A DNA stretch of 64,000 nucleotides from NCBI GenBank assembly GCA_041394405.1, contig JAWKIF010000016.1:1202-65201 (forward strand). Reading direction: 5' to 3'. Positions 26,541 through 36,689 of the stretch are shown piece after piece. The notes beneath the pieces were generated by a model. The model was not told the origin of the DNA, made no database searches, and worked only from the letters and a program-made list of their open reading frames with translations. A program made the position numbers and the translations under genes. The stretch's first letter is position 1. Every line of letters begins with the position of its first letter. The stretch is from Microthrixaceae bacterium (GTDB lineage Bacteria; Actinomycetota; Acidimicrobiia; Acidimicrobiales; Microtrichaceae).

Positions 26541-29468
26541 ATGCGGATGCCCCGGGACGTGCCAGCCCCCTCGCGCCGATCGAGGCGATTTTCGAGGCCT
26601 GGTTCCCGAAGCATTGCCCTGATGGTGGTGGCCGGGCTGGTGGCGGTGCTGGTGGTGATGCGCATCGCCGCCGAGGTGCACCTGGAATACCTGTGGTACG
26701 ACTCGCTCGAGCAGGCCGGCACCTGGCTGACGACCACCGGCACCAAGGTATTCCTGGCGGTGGGGTTCTGCCTGGTGTTCTTTCTGGGATGCCTGGCCAG
26801 CCTCACCGTGGCGGACCGGGTGTCCCGGCGCCAGGACCTGGTGGGCGCCGACGAATTCATTCTCAGATATCACGAGTTGGTCGGCCCCCGCCATCGCCTG
26901 GTGCGGGTGATCGGCTCGCTCGTGCTGGCGTTGACCGCGGGGCTTCCGGCCATCAACCACTGGGATCAGTGGCTGCTCCTGCTCAACGCAACCGATGTGG
27001 GCGTCAAGGATCCCCAGTTCGGCTATGACCTTGGCTTCTACCTCTTCATGCTGCCGTTCCTGCAGTTCGTGCTGAGCTGGCTCTTCTCGTCCCTGCTCAT
27101 CATCACGCTGGCGACCGGTGGCGTGTATTACCTCAACGGGTCCATCCGGCCGCCGGGCACCGGCCGTGCGGGGTTCGGTACCCCGGCGGTGAAGGCCCAT
27201 GTGTCCGTCCTGCTCGCCATCCTGGCGGTGGTCAAGGCCGCCGATTACATCTGGGTGGGTCGACCGTCGCTCACCTTCGCCGCCGGTCGGGTGTTCGACG
27301 GTGCCGGCTACACGGCCGTCAACGCCACCCTGCCCGCCACGCTGCTGTTGGCCATGGTGTCGCTGTTTTGTGCCGGGTTGTTGGTGTACAACGTTCGTCG
27401 CCGGGGTTGGGGGCTGCCGGTGGTGGCGCTGTCGTTGTGGATGGTGGTGTCGGTCCTGGGCGCAGGCGTGTTCCCGGGGCTCGTGCAGCGCTTCCAGGTG
27501 GACCCGCAGAAGGCCCAACGGGAGATCGACTTCATCGGCCGAAACCAGGAGGCGACCCGGGCTGCGTACGGGTTGGACACGCTGAAGATCGAGGACTTCG
27601 ACTACTCCGACACGGCCACCGAGGCCGACGTGGCCGACTCCGAGGCCGTCATCACCCGCGTACCGGTGTTGGACCCGGCGCTCATCGGTGACACGTTCCG
27701 TGCCCAGCAGTCCAAGAAGCCGCAGTTCTCCATGGGGCAGGTCTTCCTGGACCGCTACGACGTGGAGGGAACCCAACGCCCCGTCGTGCTGTCGGTGCGC
27801 GACCTGTCGCGGAACGACCTGCCCGGTCGCTCGTGGGAACAGGAACATCTCGTCTACACCCACGGCGAGGGCGTGGCGCTGGCCCCTGCCGATCGCACGG
27901 CCAGCGACGGGCGGCCGGACTACCTGATCGACGACCTCCCCATCAAGACGGCCGAAGGGTTCGACCTCACCCAGCCGGAGGTGTACTTCGGACGGGGGCT
28001 GGCCGACTGGTACGCCATCGCCGGAACCTCGCGCGAAGACGGCGAACGATTCGACGGATCGGCCGGGATCGCCCTGGGCAGCTTCTGGCGCCAGCTCGAA
28101 ACGGCGCTTCGCTTCGGCGCGATCGACCCGCTGATCTCCGACTCGGTGGACGAGGACTCGCGCCTGCTGATGCGCCGCGACCCCAACGAGCGGCTCTCGG
28201 CCCTAGCGCCCTTCCTGGCGTGGAGCTCCGAGGCGCTGCCGGTGGTGTCCGATGGTCGGGTGAAGTACCTCCAGGTGGGCTACACCACCGTCTCTACCTA
28301 TCCCTATTCCCAGTATGCGCAGACCGACGACCTGCCGGAGGGCTCCGACCTGGCGTCCCGGCGCTTCAACTCGGTGCGGGCGGCCGTCGTGGCCAGCATC
28401 GATGGCTATGACGGATCGGTCAAGATGTACCGCATCGACCGGGAGTTCTCCGAGGGCGCCAAGGTGGGTGAGGATCCGGTGATCGCCGCCTGGGAGCGCG
28501 CCCTGCCCGACCTGTTCACGCCGTTGAGCGAGCTTCCCTCCGATCTGCGGGCTCACCTGCAGTACCCCGACGAGCTGCTGCGTGTGCAGTCGCGTATGTA
28601 CGGCCGCTACCACGTCGACGACCCCGAAACGTTCTACGACGGTTCCGAGAACTGGGTGGTGGCGCGCGATCCCAGCTCGGATGTGGCCGAGCAGCAGAAT
28701 CAGGTGTCGGGCCCCATCCCGCCCACCCAGCTGATGCTGAACCGGGACGACGAGGTGGGCTTCGTGCGCACCCGACCCCTCACCCCCGGCACCGAGCAGA
28801 CCGCGCGCGCCGACCTGGCGGCCTACCTGGTCGGCGACTCCGACCCGAGCCGATTCGGCACCTTGACGTCCTATGTCATGTCCACGGTGAATTCCGAGGG
28901 GGAGCGTCGCGAGGGCGCCGAGGTGGAGAACCCCACCCGGGCGCAGGTGGCGATCAACAACGACCCACGCATCTCCGAGAAGATCACCCTGCTCAGCCAG
29001 CGGGGCTCGGACGTGCAGTTCGGGGCGATGATGCTGATCCCGATCGGCGAGACGGTGATGTACGTGCGGCCGTTGTATGTGGTTGGACAGGGCACCGACT
29101 CGTCTCCTGCGCTGAATCAGATCGTGGTGGTCTGGAAGGGCTCGGCCTACCTGGGCGATACCCAGGCCGAGGCGATCAACGCTGCGCTGAGCGGGGAGAG
29201 CGAGGCCGCATCCGGCGGCGAGTCCGCGGGCGGGGAGCCATCCACCGATGCGACCGATCCCGGTGACTCGCCCGGGGCGGAAGCGGACGCGGCCGAGCTG
29301 ATTTCCTCGGCGATCTCGCTGATGGACGAGGCCGAAGCCGCCAAGGGCGAACCGGACGGGCTGGCCATCTACGAGGAACGCAACGCGGAGGCTCGCGACC
29401 TGCTGGACCGGGCGGCAGAACTGCTGGGTACCGAGGTGCCCGCGACGTCGACCACGGTGGCCGGCTGA
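26541..29468 (+). CDS. UPF0182-family large membrane protein
   Basis: ORF 26541-29468 (975 aa). N-terminal polytopic region with EVHLEYLWYDSL... and a large extracytoplasmic body, as in actinobacterial UPF0182 proteins. Confidence 0.8.
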   Translation: MRMPRDVPAPSRRSRRFSRPGSRSIALMVVAGLVAVLVVMRIAAEVHLEYLWYDSLEQAGTWLTTTGTKVFLAVGFCLVFFLGCLASLTVADRVSRRQDLVGADEFILRYHELVGPRHRLVRVIGSLVLALTAGLPAINHWDQWLLLLNATDVGVKDPQFGYDLGFYLFMLPFLQFVLSWLFSSLLIITLATGGVYYLNGSIRPPGTGRAGFGTPAVKAHVSVLLAILAVVKAADYIWVGRPSLTFAAGRVFDGAGYTAVNATLPATLLLAMVSLFCAGLLVYNVRRRGWGLPVVALSLWMVVSVLGAGVFPGLVQRFQVDPQKAQREIDFIGRNQEATRAAYGLDTLKIEDFDYSDTATEADVADSEAVITRVPVLDPALIGDTFRAQQSKKPQFSMGQVFLDRYDVEGTQRPVVLSVRDLSRNDLPGRSWEQEHLVYTHGEGVALAPADRTASDGRPDYLIDDLPIKTAEGFDLTQPEVYFGRGLADWYAIAGTSREDGERFDGSAGIALGSFWRQLETALRFGAIDPLISDSVDEDSRLLMRRDPNERLSALAPFLAWSSEALPVVSDGRVKYLQVGYTTVSTYPYSQYAQTDDLPEGSDLASRRFNSVRAAVVASIDGYDGSVKMYRIDREFSEGAKVGEDPVIAAWERALPDLFTPLSELPSDLRAHLQYPDELLRVQSRMYGRYHVDDPETFYDGSENWVVARDPSSDVAEQQNQVSGPIPPTQLMLNRDDEVGFVRTRPLTPGTEQTARADLAAYLVGDSDPSRFGTLTSYVMSTVNSEGERREGAEVENPTRAQVAINNDPRISEKITLLSQRGSDVQFGAMMLIPIGETVMYVRPLYVVGQGTDSSPALNQIVVVWKGSAYLGDTQAEAINAALSGESEAASGGESAGGEPSTDATDPGDSPGAEADAAELISSAISLMDEAEAAKGEPDGLAIYEERNAEARDLLDRAAELLGTEVPATSTTVAG

Positions 29469-29484
29469 CCGAGGAGCCTGCGCG

Positions 29485-30420
29485 CTACTCGGTGGGCACG
29501 GCGCCCTGGTTGTCCTGGGCCGTGTCGGCGGCCTCCTCGGCCGTGTCGGAGATGTCGGAGTCCTCGCCGGCCAGCAGGCTGATGACCACCACCGCCAGCC
29601 CGCCCACGATGGCCAACACGATGGGGAGCCAGACGTCGCCCGCGGGCAGCGCCATCTCGTTGGTCTCGGTGCCGTTGGGCCACGGCCACAGCACCCGCAA
29701 AGAACCCAACATGAGCCCGACCAGGCCGGCGAGCACCAGCTGGTGGTAGTGATGCAACGCCCAGTGCAGCAGGGTGGAGAACCCCGCGAGGCCCAGCACC
29801 GCACCCAAGCCGAAGACCGCCACCAGCACCAGGTCGCGATCGGACACGGCACCCAGCACCGTGTCGTACATGCCCAGCATCAGCAGCAGAAACGATCCGG
29901 AGATGCCGGGAAGAATCATGGCGCAGATGGCGATGGCGCCGGCCAGGAAGACGTAGGGCAACACCGGGTCGGTCACCGGGCCAGAGCGCAGGCCGAGGAT
30001 GAAGAACGCCACCACCGCGACACCCGCCAGCGTGGCGGCGCGGGTGGGGTCCAGCCTCAGGCGGCGCGAGGTGACGACGATGGAGCCCACCACCAGGCCG
30101 AAGAACGTGGCCGCCATGCGAACCGGCTGGGTCTCCAACAGGTGCTCAATGGAGTGGGAGAGCGCCACGATGGCCAGGCCGATGCCCACCAACAGCGGGA
30201 GGAGGAAGGCCCAATCCACGGCCTTGAACTTCTCGACGACTCCCGAGAAGTCGCCCTTCGCCGCCGCACCCAGCACGGCGGCACCGTCGCGCACCGTGTC
30301 GATCAGGTGCGTGTAGATCCCGAGCACCAACGCGATGGTGCCGCCGGAGACGCCGGGAACGATGTCGGCGCTTCCCATGAAAAACCCTCGGACAACCTGC
30401 ATGGAAGTGCGTTTGAGCAT
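29485..30420 (-). CDS. DUF368-family membrane protein
   Basis: ORF 29485-30495. Hallmark GSADIVPGVSGGTIALVLGIY, repeated later as MILPGISGSFLLLMLGMY. ATG 30420 (MLKRTS) preferred over the TTG at 30495. Confidence 0.8.
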   Translation of the reverse strand: MLKRTSMQVVRGFFMGSADIVPGVSGGTIALVLGIYTHLIDTVRDGAAVLGAAAKGDFSGVVEKFKAVDWAFLLPLLVGIGLAIVALSHSIEHLLETQPVRMAATFFGLVVGSIVVTSRRLRLDPTRAATLAGVAVVAFFILGLRSGPVTDPVLPYVFLAGAIAICAMILPGISGSFLLLMLGMYDTVLGAVSDRDLVLVAVFGLGAVLGLAGFSTLLHWALHHYHQLVLAGLVGLMLGSLRVLWPWPNGTETNEMALPAGDVWLPIVLAIVGGLAVVVISLLAGEDSDISDTAEEAADTAQDNQGAVPTE

Positions 30421-30573
30421 CCGGCAACGGTAGTGGCGCCGCCGCCGCAGGCCGTAGCCGGAGGGCGCCACTTTTGACGGACCGGTGCGGGACAAGCTGA
30501 CATACCGGGGTTCTCAGTCGTTGGTTCGCGCCATGCCGGTGGCAGGTCGCGCACAACGTGACCCGGAGGAAAC

Positions 30574-32874
30574 ATGTCCAACCTGCTCGCATCCGAAGGC
30601 GGCTACCAGCTCTTTGAGTTCGGTGGCGCCGAATGGTTCTGGCTCACGTTCTCGATGGTGGTGGCCCTGTTGGCCCTGGGCGTGGGTTCGCTCAGCATGA
30701 AGGGAGTCCTGGCCAAGGACCCCGGCACCGACCAGATGCAGGAGATCGCCGGGGCGGTCCAGGAGGGGGCGATGGCCTACATCACCCGCCAGTTCCGCAC
30801 CATCGGGGCGATTGTGGTCCCGCTGGCCGTCATCGTGTTCTTCACCTCGCGCGAAGTGCTCAACGATGCCGGCACCGAAGGCCTGACCTTCGCCCAATCC
30901 GGTCTCTTCCGCACCATTGCGTTTCTCGTCGGCGGCGCGCTCTCGGCCTCCATTGGCTTTCTCGGCATGTGGTTGTCCACCCGAGCCAACGTGCGCACGG
31001 CCACCGCAGCACGGGGCGGCGACATGAACGGCGCCATGCAGGTGGCGTTCCGCGCCGGCGGCACGGTGGGCCTGTTCACCGCCGGGCTGGGCCTGGTGGG
31101 CGCCACCGGCATCGTCATGTTGTTCCAGAACACCGCCTCGTCCATCCTCATCGGTTTTGGCTTCGGCGGATCGCTGCTGGCCCTGTTCCTGCGGGTGGGC
31201 GGCGGAATCTTCACCAAGGCGGCAGACGTGGGCGCCGACCTCGTCGGCAAGGTGGAGGCCGGCATCCCCGAAGACGATCCCCGTAACCCGGCCACCATCG
31301 CCGACAACGTGGGCGACAACGTGGGCGACTGCGCAGGCATGGCCGCCGACCTGTTCGAGAGCTTCGGCGTGATCCTGGTGGCCTCGATCATCCTGGGCGT
31401 CACCGCGTTCGAGGCCATCGGCCTGGGTGTGGGTGAGGCGGCCAAGGGCATCGTCTTCCCCCTGGCCATCATGGCTATCGGCCTCCTGGCCTCGGCGGTG
31501 TCGATCTTCGCTGTCAAGGCCCGGGCGGGAGAGAACGACGCGCTTCCCCCCATCAACCGCGGCATCATGTTGGCCTCGCTCATTGCGCTCGCCGGAACTG
31601 CGGTCGTGGCCTTCCTGTACGTGGGCAACCCGGAGGGCGCCAGCGTCTCCAACGTGGGCCTGCGGCTGTTCCTGGCCGTCGTGGCGGGCGTGGTGCTGGG
31701 CCAGGTGGCCAGCCGCATCACCCAGTACTTCACCTCCAGCTCGTTCAGGCCGGTTCGCGACATTGCCGAGTCCGGCCGCACCGGCCCCGCCACCGTCGTG
31801 CTCTCCGGCATCTCCTCCGGTTTGGAGTCGGCAGTGTGGGCGGTCATCGCCGTTGGCGGCGCCATCCTGGTGGCCATGGGCATCGGCGGGGGCGACATCA
31901 AGTTCTCGCTCTACCTGGTGGCCCTGGCCGGGGTGGGCATGTTGTCGACCACGGCCATCATCGTGGCCGAGGACACCTTCGGCCCCATCGCCGACAACGC
32001 CCAGGGCATCGCCGAGATGTCGGGTGAACTGGAGGGCGAGACCGAGCAGATCCTCGACGGGCTCGACACGGTGGGCAACACCACCAAGGCGGTCACCAAG
32101 GGCTTTGCCATCGCCTCGGCGGTCATCGCCGCGGTGGCGCTCTTCGCTTCGTTCCGGGAGATCATCGCCGAGGAGAGCGCCGGCGACTTCGCCGCAGCGG
32201 TCATCAACATCGCCGACCCGAAGGTCTTCGTCGGGGGCCTGCTGGGTGGCGCCGTGGTGTTCCTGTTCTCGTCGCTGTCGATCCTGGCCGTCAGCCGGAC
32301 CGCCGGCGTGGTGGTGCAGGAGGTTCGTCGCCAGTTCCGGGAGAAGCCCGGAATCATGGAGGGGACCGACCGCCCCGACTACGGCCCGGTCATCGACATC
32401 TGCACCACGTCGGCCCTGCGCGAACTGGCCACCCCGGCCCTCCTGGCGGTGCTGCTGCCCGTGGCCGTCGGATTCGGCCTCGGTGCCGAGGCGCTGGGTG
32501 GCTACCTGGCCGCAGCCATCGTCATCGGTGCGCTCATGGCCAACTTCCTCTCCAATGCCGGCGGCGCCTGGGACAACGGCAAGAAGTACGTGGAGGAGGG
32601 GAACCTGGGTGGCAAGGGTTCCGACGTGCACACCGCCGTCGTCATCGGCGACACCGTGGGCGACCCGTTCAAGGACACCGCCGGCCCGGCCATCAACCCG
32701 CTGCTGAAGGTGATGAACCTGGTGGCGCTGCTGGTGTTGCCCGCCGTGTTCGTACTGGCCGACAACGACGCCGCCCGAGCGCTCATCACGATCGGGGCGG
32801 TCGTGGTCATTCTCGGCTCGGTGGTGTTCACCAAGCGCCAGGGCAGCGTCATGGCCGAGGAGCCCGCCGCCTGA
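30574..32874 (+). CDS. hppA: Membrane-bound proton-translocating pyrophosphatase
   Basis: ORF 30574-32874. Signatures GGGIFTKAADVGADLVGKVE, DNVGDNVGDCAGMAADLFES and GDTVGDPFKDTAGP. Confidence 0.95.
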   Translation: MSNLLASEGGYQLFEFGGAEWFWLTFSMVVALLALGVGSLSMKGVLAKDPGTDQMQEIAGAVQEGAMAYITRQFRTIGAIVVPLAVIVFFTSREVLNDAGTEGLTFAQSGLFRTIAFLVGGALSASIGFLGMWLSTRANVRTATAARGGDMNGAMQVAFRAGGTVGLFTAGLGLVGATGIVMLFQNTASSILIGFGFGGSLLALFLRVGGGIFTKAADVGADLVGKVEAGIPEDDPRNPATIADNVGDNVGDCAGMAADLFESFGVILVASIILGVTAFEAIGLGVGEAAKGIVFPLAIMAIGLLASAVSIFAVKARAGENDALPPINRGIMLASLIALAGTAVVAFLYVGNPEGASVSNVGLRLFLAVVAGVVLGQVASRITQYFTSSSFRPVRDIAESGRTGPATVVLSGISSGLESAVWAVIAVGGAILVAMGIGGGDIKFSLYLVALAGVGMLSTTAIIVAEDTFGPIADNAQGIAEMSGELEGETEQILDGLDTVGNTTKAVTKGFAIASAVIAAVALFASFREIIAEESAGDFAAAVINIADPKVFVGGLLGGAVVFLFSSLSILAVSRTAGVVVQEVRRQFREKPGIMEGTDRPDYGPVIDICTTSALRELATPALLAVLLPVAVGFGLGAEALGGYLAAAIVIGALMANFLSNAGGAWDNGKKYVEEGNLGGKGSDVHTAVVIGDTVGDPFKDTAGPAINPLLKVMNLVALLVLPAVFVLADNDAARALITIGAVVVILGSVVFTKRQGSVMAEEPAA

Positions 32875-32969
32875 GGGGCCTGCCGTCGGGGTAGGCCAAT
32901 CGGCCGGCGCGTGGTCCGTTGCGACCATTTCGGGTGGCGTTCTGAACGTACGTCGGTACCTTCGGTGCC

Positions 32970-33557
32970 ATGTTCGCCACCCTCACACGCCGTCCGTTTC
33001 GAATCGCCGTGCCCGCCGTGGGCGCCCTGGTCCTGGTCGCCTCCGGTGTCGCCGTCTCTGGCGCCCAGGAGACCGATCCGGCCACGCTGAGCATCCGCGG
33101 CGGCAGCGTCGCCTGCGATGCCAACGAGGGCACCACCACCGTGGTGTTCGAGCGGGCCGACGGCTTTGACGACCTGACGCTGGACATCACCGGTGCGACA
33201 GCCGAGATCGAGCCCGGCAACGACGCCGATTCCAGCACCGTGGACCTGATGTTCGACCCCGAGTCGCTGGCCCCCGGCACCGACAGCGCCGAGGCCGAGC
33301 TGACGGCCCCGCTCGGATCCACCGCCACGGTGTCGGTCGCCTACGAGACTTCCGGCGGCGGAGTGTCCGTGCCCGAGCGGTTCGACGTGCAGTCCGTGGT
33401 GAGGATCAACGACGTGTGCGCACCTACCACCTCCACGTCGACGCCGACGAGTTCATCCACCACGCCCCCGACGACAACGGCTCCGGCCCCGAGCGCCGAC
33501 GACACCCCCGCTGCCCCCGTTGCGGCCCGGCCGCTGGCCGCCCAGTTCACCGGCTGA
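32970..33557 (+). CDS. Secreted protein: signal peptide, two-Cys beta-rich domain, S/T/P linker, C-terminal ...AQFTG
   Basis: ORF 32970-33557. Signal MFATLTRRPFRIAVPAVGALVLVASGVAVSGAQ. The domain is homologous to the C-terminal module of the next gene (see findings). Confidence 0.7.
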   Translation: MFATLTRRPFRIAVPAVGALVLVASGVAVSGAQETDPATLSIRGGSVACDANEGTTTVVFERADGFDDLTLDITGATAEIEPGNDADSSTVDLMFDPESLAPGTDSAEAELTAPLGSTATVSVAYETSGGGVSVPERFDVQSVVRINDVCAPTTSTSTPTSSSTTPPTTTAPAPSADDTPAAPVAARPLAAQFTG

Positions 33558-33678
33558 CCGCCCAGCTCGCCGGCTGGTCGCGCAGGTCGCCGACCGTTCG
33601 CTCAGCCTCCGCGCCGGGAGTGACCGACCCGCTACCCTTCCATCCCGTCGTGTGAACGCCAGCACGGTCGGTTGGAGG

Positions 33679-36666
33679 GTGAACGTGGGGAGTCGTCGGT
33701 GGCAGGGGTTGTCGGCGGCGTGCCTCGTCGCCCTTGTCGCGACTGCCGGCCACCCGGTCGGCGCACAGACCGACCCTCCGCCGGCCCGGCAACCGGCTGT
33801 GCAGGCGGCGCCGACCGGCTTGGCGTCGGCGGACTTCGGGCCACGGGTGGACGCGCCCACCGGGCTGACCCTCAGCGGTGGGGTGGAGACCCTCACGATC
33901 ACGGGCGCGCAGCCCAGTCAGGCGTTGACGGTGGTGGACGCTGCCGGTGCGGACCGCGTGACCATGCTGGCCGACGCCACCGGACAGGCCGTGGCCTCGT
34001 ATCTGCCCGACGCCCACATCACGGTGCAGACGGGTACGGGGGCCGTGGGTGCTGCGTCGGGAACCGTTGTCGACCCGGGCTGGTACCGGGTGCGCACCGC
34101 GACCGCCCTCAGCGATCCGGTCCGCGTGCTGGCGGTGGACGACGTGCCCGACCACGGCTTCTACGACTCCCAGACGCTGAACGATGGCTTCGGCTATGTC
34201 ACGACCCGCGACGGCACCAAGGTGTCGGTGATGGTGCGGCTTCCGGGTCCGCCCGAGGACGGCCCCTACCCAACCGTGGTGGAGTACAGCGGGTACAGCC
34301 CGTCGAACCCCAGCAGCCCGCAACCCGGGTCACGCATCGCCGGACTGCTGGGCTTTGCCACTGTCGGGGTCAACATGCGGGGCACCGGCTGTTCGGGCGG
34401 CGTCTTCGACGTATTCAACCCGGCCCAAGCGGCCGACGGCTACGACGCCATCGAGGTCATTGCCTCCCAGAGCTGGGTAGCCAACAACCGGGTGGGCATG
34501 GTGGGGCTGTCCTACGCCGGCATCGCCCAGCTCTACGTGGCGTCCACCCGTCCGCCCAGCCTGGCCGCCATCGCCGCCCAGTCCGTCATTGACGATCCCT
34601 GGCGCCAGCAATGGCCCGGCGGGGTCTACAACGATGGCTTCACCCGCCAGTGGTTGGCCGAACGCGACAGCCAGGCCCAGGCCGGTGGGCAGACCTGGGA
34701 CGGCAGGCGGATCGCCCAGGGCGACACCGTCTGCGGCGACAACCAACGGCTGCGCAACCAGAACATCGACTTCGAGGCGTTCGGTCGCGCGCTGGAAGAC
34801 CGCCCAGACGCCATCGAAGCGCGATTCCTGCAGCGCCTGGCGGGCCGAATCGACGTCCCGGTGTTCCTCACCGGCGGCTACCAGGATGAGCAGACCGGGG
34901 CCCGCTTCACGTACCTGCTCGACAAGTTCACCTCGGCGCCGGTGCGGCGGTTCAAGCTCTACAACGGGCACCACCCCGACGGCTACAGCCCGATGCTCAT
35001 CACCGATTGGCACGACTTCCTGTCCTTCTACGTCAAGAACGAGATCCCCGAGGTGTCGGCCCTGGTGCGCTTCTTCTCGCCGGGCGTGTTTCTGGAGGAG
35101 TTCGGCATCAGGGCCGGCTTCCGGGCCAACCGCTTCGACTCGTTCCAGCCCAACGACCTCGCCGGGGCCCGGGCCGCCTACGAGGCCGAGGCCGAGGTTC
35201 AGGTCATGGTGGAGGCCGGCGCCGCCACGGACCCGCCGGGCGCCACCGGCGAACGAACCCGATGGGACTTCGACGCCTTCCCGCCAACGGAGGCCACCAC
35301 GAGCACGTGGTACCTCGACGATGGCGGCGCCCTGGCCGCCGACGAACCCGCCCTGGAGGGTGCCGATCGGTACGTACCCGAGGCCGGCGCCGGGGCACGA
35401 GCGACGACCACCGCCGGGTCGGGCACCTTTCAGCGGCCGGTCTCGGCGCTGAACGCCCAGTGGGAGCAGGCGCCGGAGGGCAACCTGGTGGCCTACGCCA
35501 CGCCGGAGCTCAGCGAGGACCTGGTGGTCGCAGGGCCCGGCTGGCTGGACCTGTGGGCCAAACCGGGAGCCACCGAGGGCGCCGTGCAGGTGGACCTCAC
35601 CGAGGTTCGCCCGGACGGCTCGGAAACCTACGTGCAATCGGGATGGCACAACCTGGCCCACGCCGGGTTGGTGGACGATCTCACCAGGGGCTTCCAGGTG
35701 GAGTACTCCTTCGCGGCGGCCGACCGGGTGCCGCTGCAGCCCGACGCCTGGGTGCATCGCAAGGTGCCCATCCCCGGCGTCACCCACATCTTCCGCAAGG
35801 GTTCCCGGTTGCGGGTCACGGTGTCGGCGCCCGGCCGCAGCCGTCCGCTGTGGACCTTCGAGAACCCGACGCCACCTCCTGAGGCCATGGTGAGCGTGGG
35901 GCGGGGTGGCGCCCATGGGTCGCATCTGGTGTTGCCCACCCTGCCCGCCGATGCTCAAGCCGCCAGGGCGGCCCCCGCCGCCGGAGCCTGGGCCGGGCTG
36001 GAGTCTCCCTCGATCCCCGCGGGCCGCCCCGAATGCGGCACGCTGCGCGGCCAGCCCTGCCGCGACTATGCGCCGGTGGCCAACGCCCCGGCGTCGCTTT
36101 CGGCCGGAACCGCCACGGTCGCCTGCCCGTCCGGCTCGGCCACAGCGCCCGTGACGTTCGCCCGAACGTCCGGTTCCGGCGACGGCACCATCGAGCTGAC
36201 GGGCGCCCGGGCCGAGATCAGGATGGGCGACCGGGTCGCCGACACCCGCGAGGTGGTCTTTGATGTCTCGTCGCTGGCCCCCGGCGAGGAGTCGGCCGCC
36301 GTCGACCTCGAGGCCCCGGCCGGATCCACGGCGGTGGTCACCGTCGACTACCGCCTCGCCGGTGGCACGTCGCCGCTGTCGGGGGCGTTCCAGGCCCGAT
36401 CGTCGGTGCTGCTCGGCCCGGCCTGCGCTCCGTCGACGAGCACGTCCCCCACGGGTACACCGTCGACGGGCACGCCGTCCTCGTCCCCGACCTCCGCCGC
36501 GCCGACCGCGACGCCCGACCCCGAGGCCGGTGGCCCGGCGGCGACCACGACGGCGGCCGGGGGCGGCTCGGGCACCTCGGCCACGGGCGGCCGTTCGCCC
36601 GGAGAGGCCAGCTCCGCCTCGGTGTTGGGCGTCGCGCAGCCGCTTCGCCCCCGCTTCACGGGCTGA
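33679..36666 (+). CDS. CocE/NonD-family hydrolase (S15 X-Pro dipeptidyl-peptidase fold), secreted, with extra C-terminal module
   Basis: 3' part of ORF 33520-36666. GTG 33679 or 33685 after GGAGG. Signal ...LVALVATAGHPVGAQ. Core YPTVVEYSGYS...VNMRGTGCSGG...VGMVGLSYAGI (nucleophile elbow). Confidence 0.8.
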   Translation: MNVGSRRWQGLSAACLVALVATAGHPVGAQTDPPPARQPAVQAAPTGLASADFGPRVDAPTGLTLSGGVETLTITGAQPSQALTVVDAAGADRVTMLADATGQAVASYLPDAHITVQTGTGAVGAASGTVVDPGWYRVRTATALSDPVRVLAVDDVPDHGFYDSQTLNDGFGYVTTRDGTKVSVMVRLPGPPEDGPYPTVVEYSGYSPSNPSSPQPGSRIAGLLGFATVGVNMRGTGCSGGVFDVFNPAQAADGYDAIEVIASQSWVANNRVGMVGLSYAGIAQLYVASTRPPSLAAIAAQSVIDDPWRQQWPGGVYNDGFTRQWLAERDSQAQAGGQTWDGRRIAQGDTVCGDNQRLRNQNIDFEAFGRALEDRPDAIEARFLQRLAGRIDVPVFLTGGYQDEQTGARFTYLLDKFTSAPVRRFKLYNGHHPDGYSPMLITDWHDFLSFYVKNEIPEVSALVRFFSPGVFLEEFGIRAGFRANRFDSFQPNDLAGARAAYEAEAEVQVMVEAGAATDPPGATGERTRWDFDAFPPTEATTSTWYLDDGGALAADEPALEGADRYVPEAGAGARATTTAGSGTFQRPVSALNAQWEQAPEGNLVAYATPELSEDLVVAGPGWLDLWAKPGATEGAVQVDLTEVRPDGSETYVQSGWHNLAHAGLVDDLTRGFQVEYSFAAADRVPLQPDAWVHRKVPIPGVTHIFRKGSRLRVTVSAPGRSRPLWTFENPTPPPEAMVSVGRGGAHGSHLVLPTLPADAQAARAAPAAGAWAGLESPSIPAGRPECGTLRGQPCRDYAPVANAPASLSAGTATVACPSGSATAPVTFARTSGSGDGTIELTGARAEIRMGDRVADTREVVFDVSSLAPGEESAAVDLEAPAGSTAVVTVDYRLAGGTSPLSGAFQARSSVLLGPACAPSTSTSPTGTPSTGTPSSSPTSAAPTATPDPEAGGPAATTTAAGGGSGTSATGGRSPGEASSASVLGVAQPLRPRFTG

Positions 36667-36689
36667 GCCGCCCCGCCGCCGGGGCTGAG

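Noticed and set aside
30430-30476. Hairpin AGTGGCGCC-n23-GGCGCCACT followed by TTTT, considered as a terminator
   Set aside because: It lies between divergently transcribed genes (DUF368 and hppA), so there is nothing upstream to terminate. It is more likely a 5'-UTR structure of the DUF368 gene, or coding sequence if the TTG 30495 start is used.
30514-32928. 804-aa minus-strand ORF
   Set aside because: It is exactly antisense to the unmistakable H+-pyrophosphatase gene and has low-complexity G/H/R/D-rich composition.
33520-33560. C-terminal ...FTG read as a sortase (LPXTG/LAxTG) signal
   Set aside because: The stop codon follows the Gly directly in both proteins. The downstream frame encodes no hydrophobic segment or charged tail, so it cannot be a classical sortase signal.
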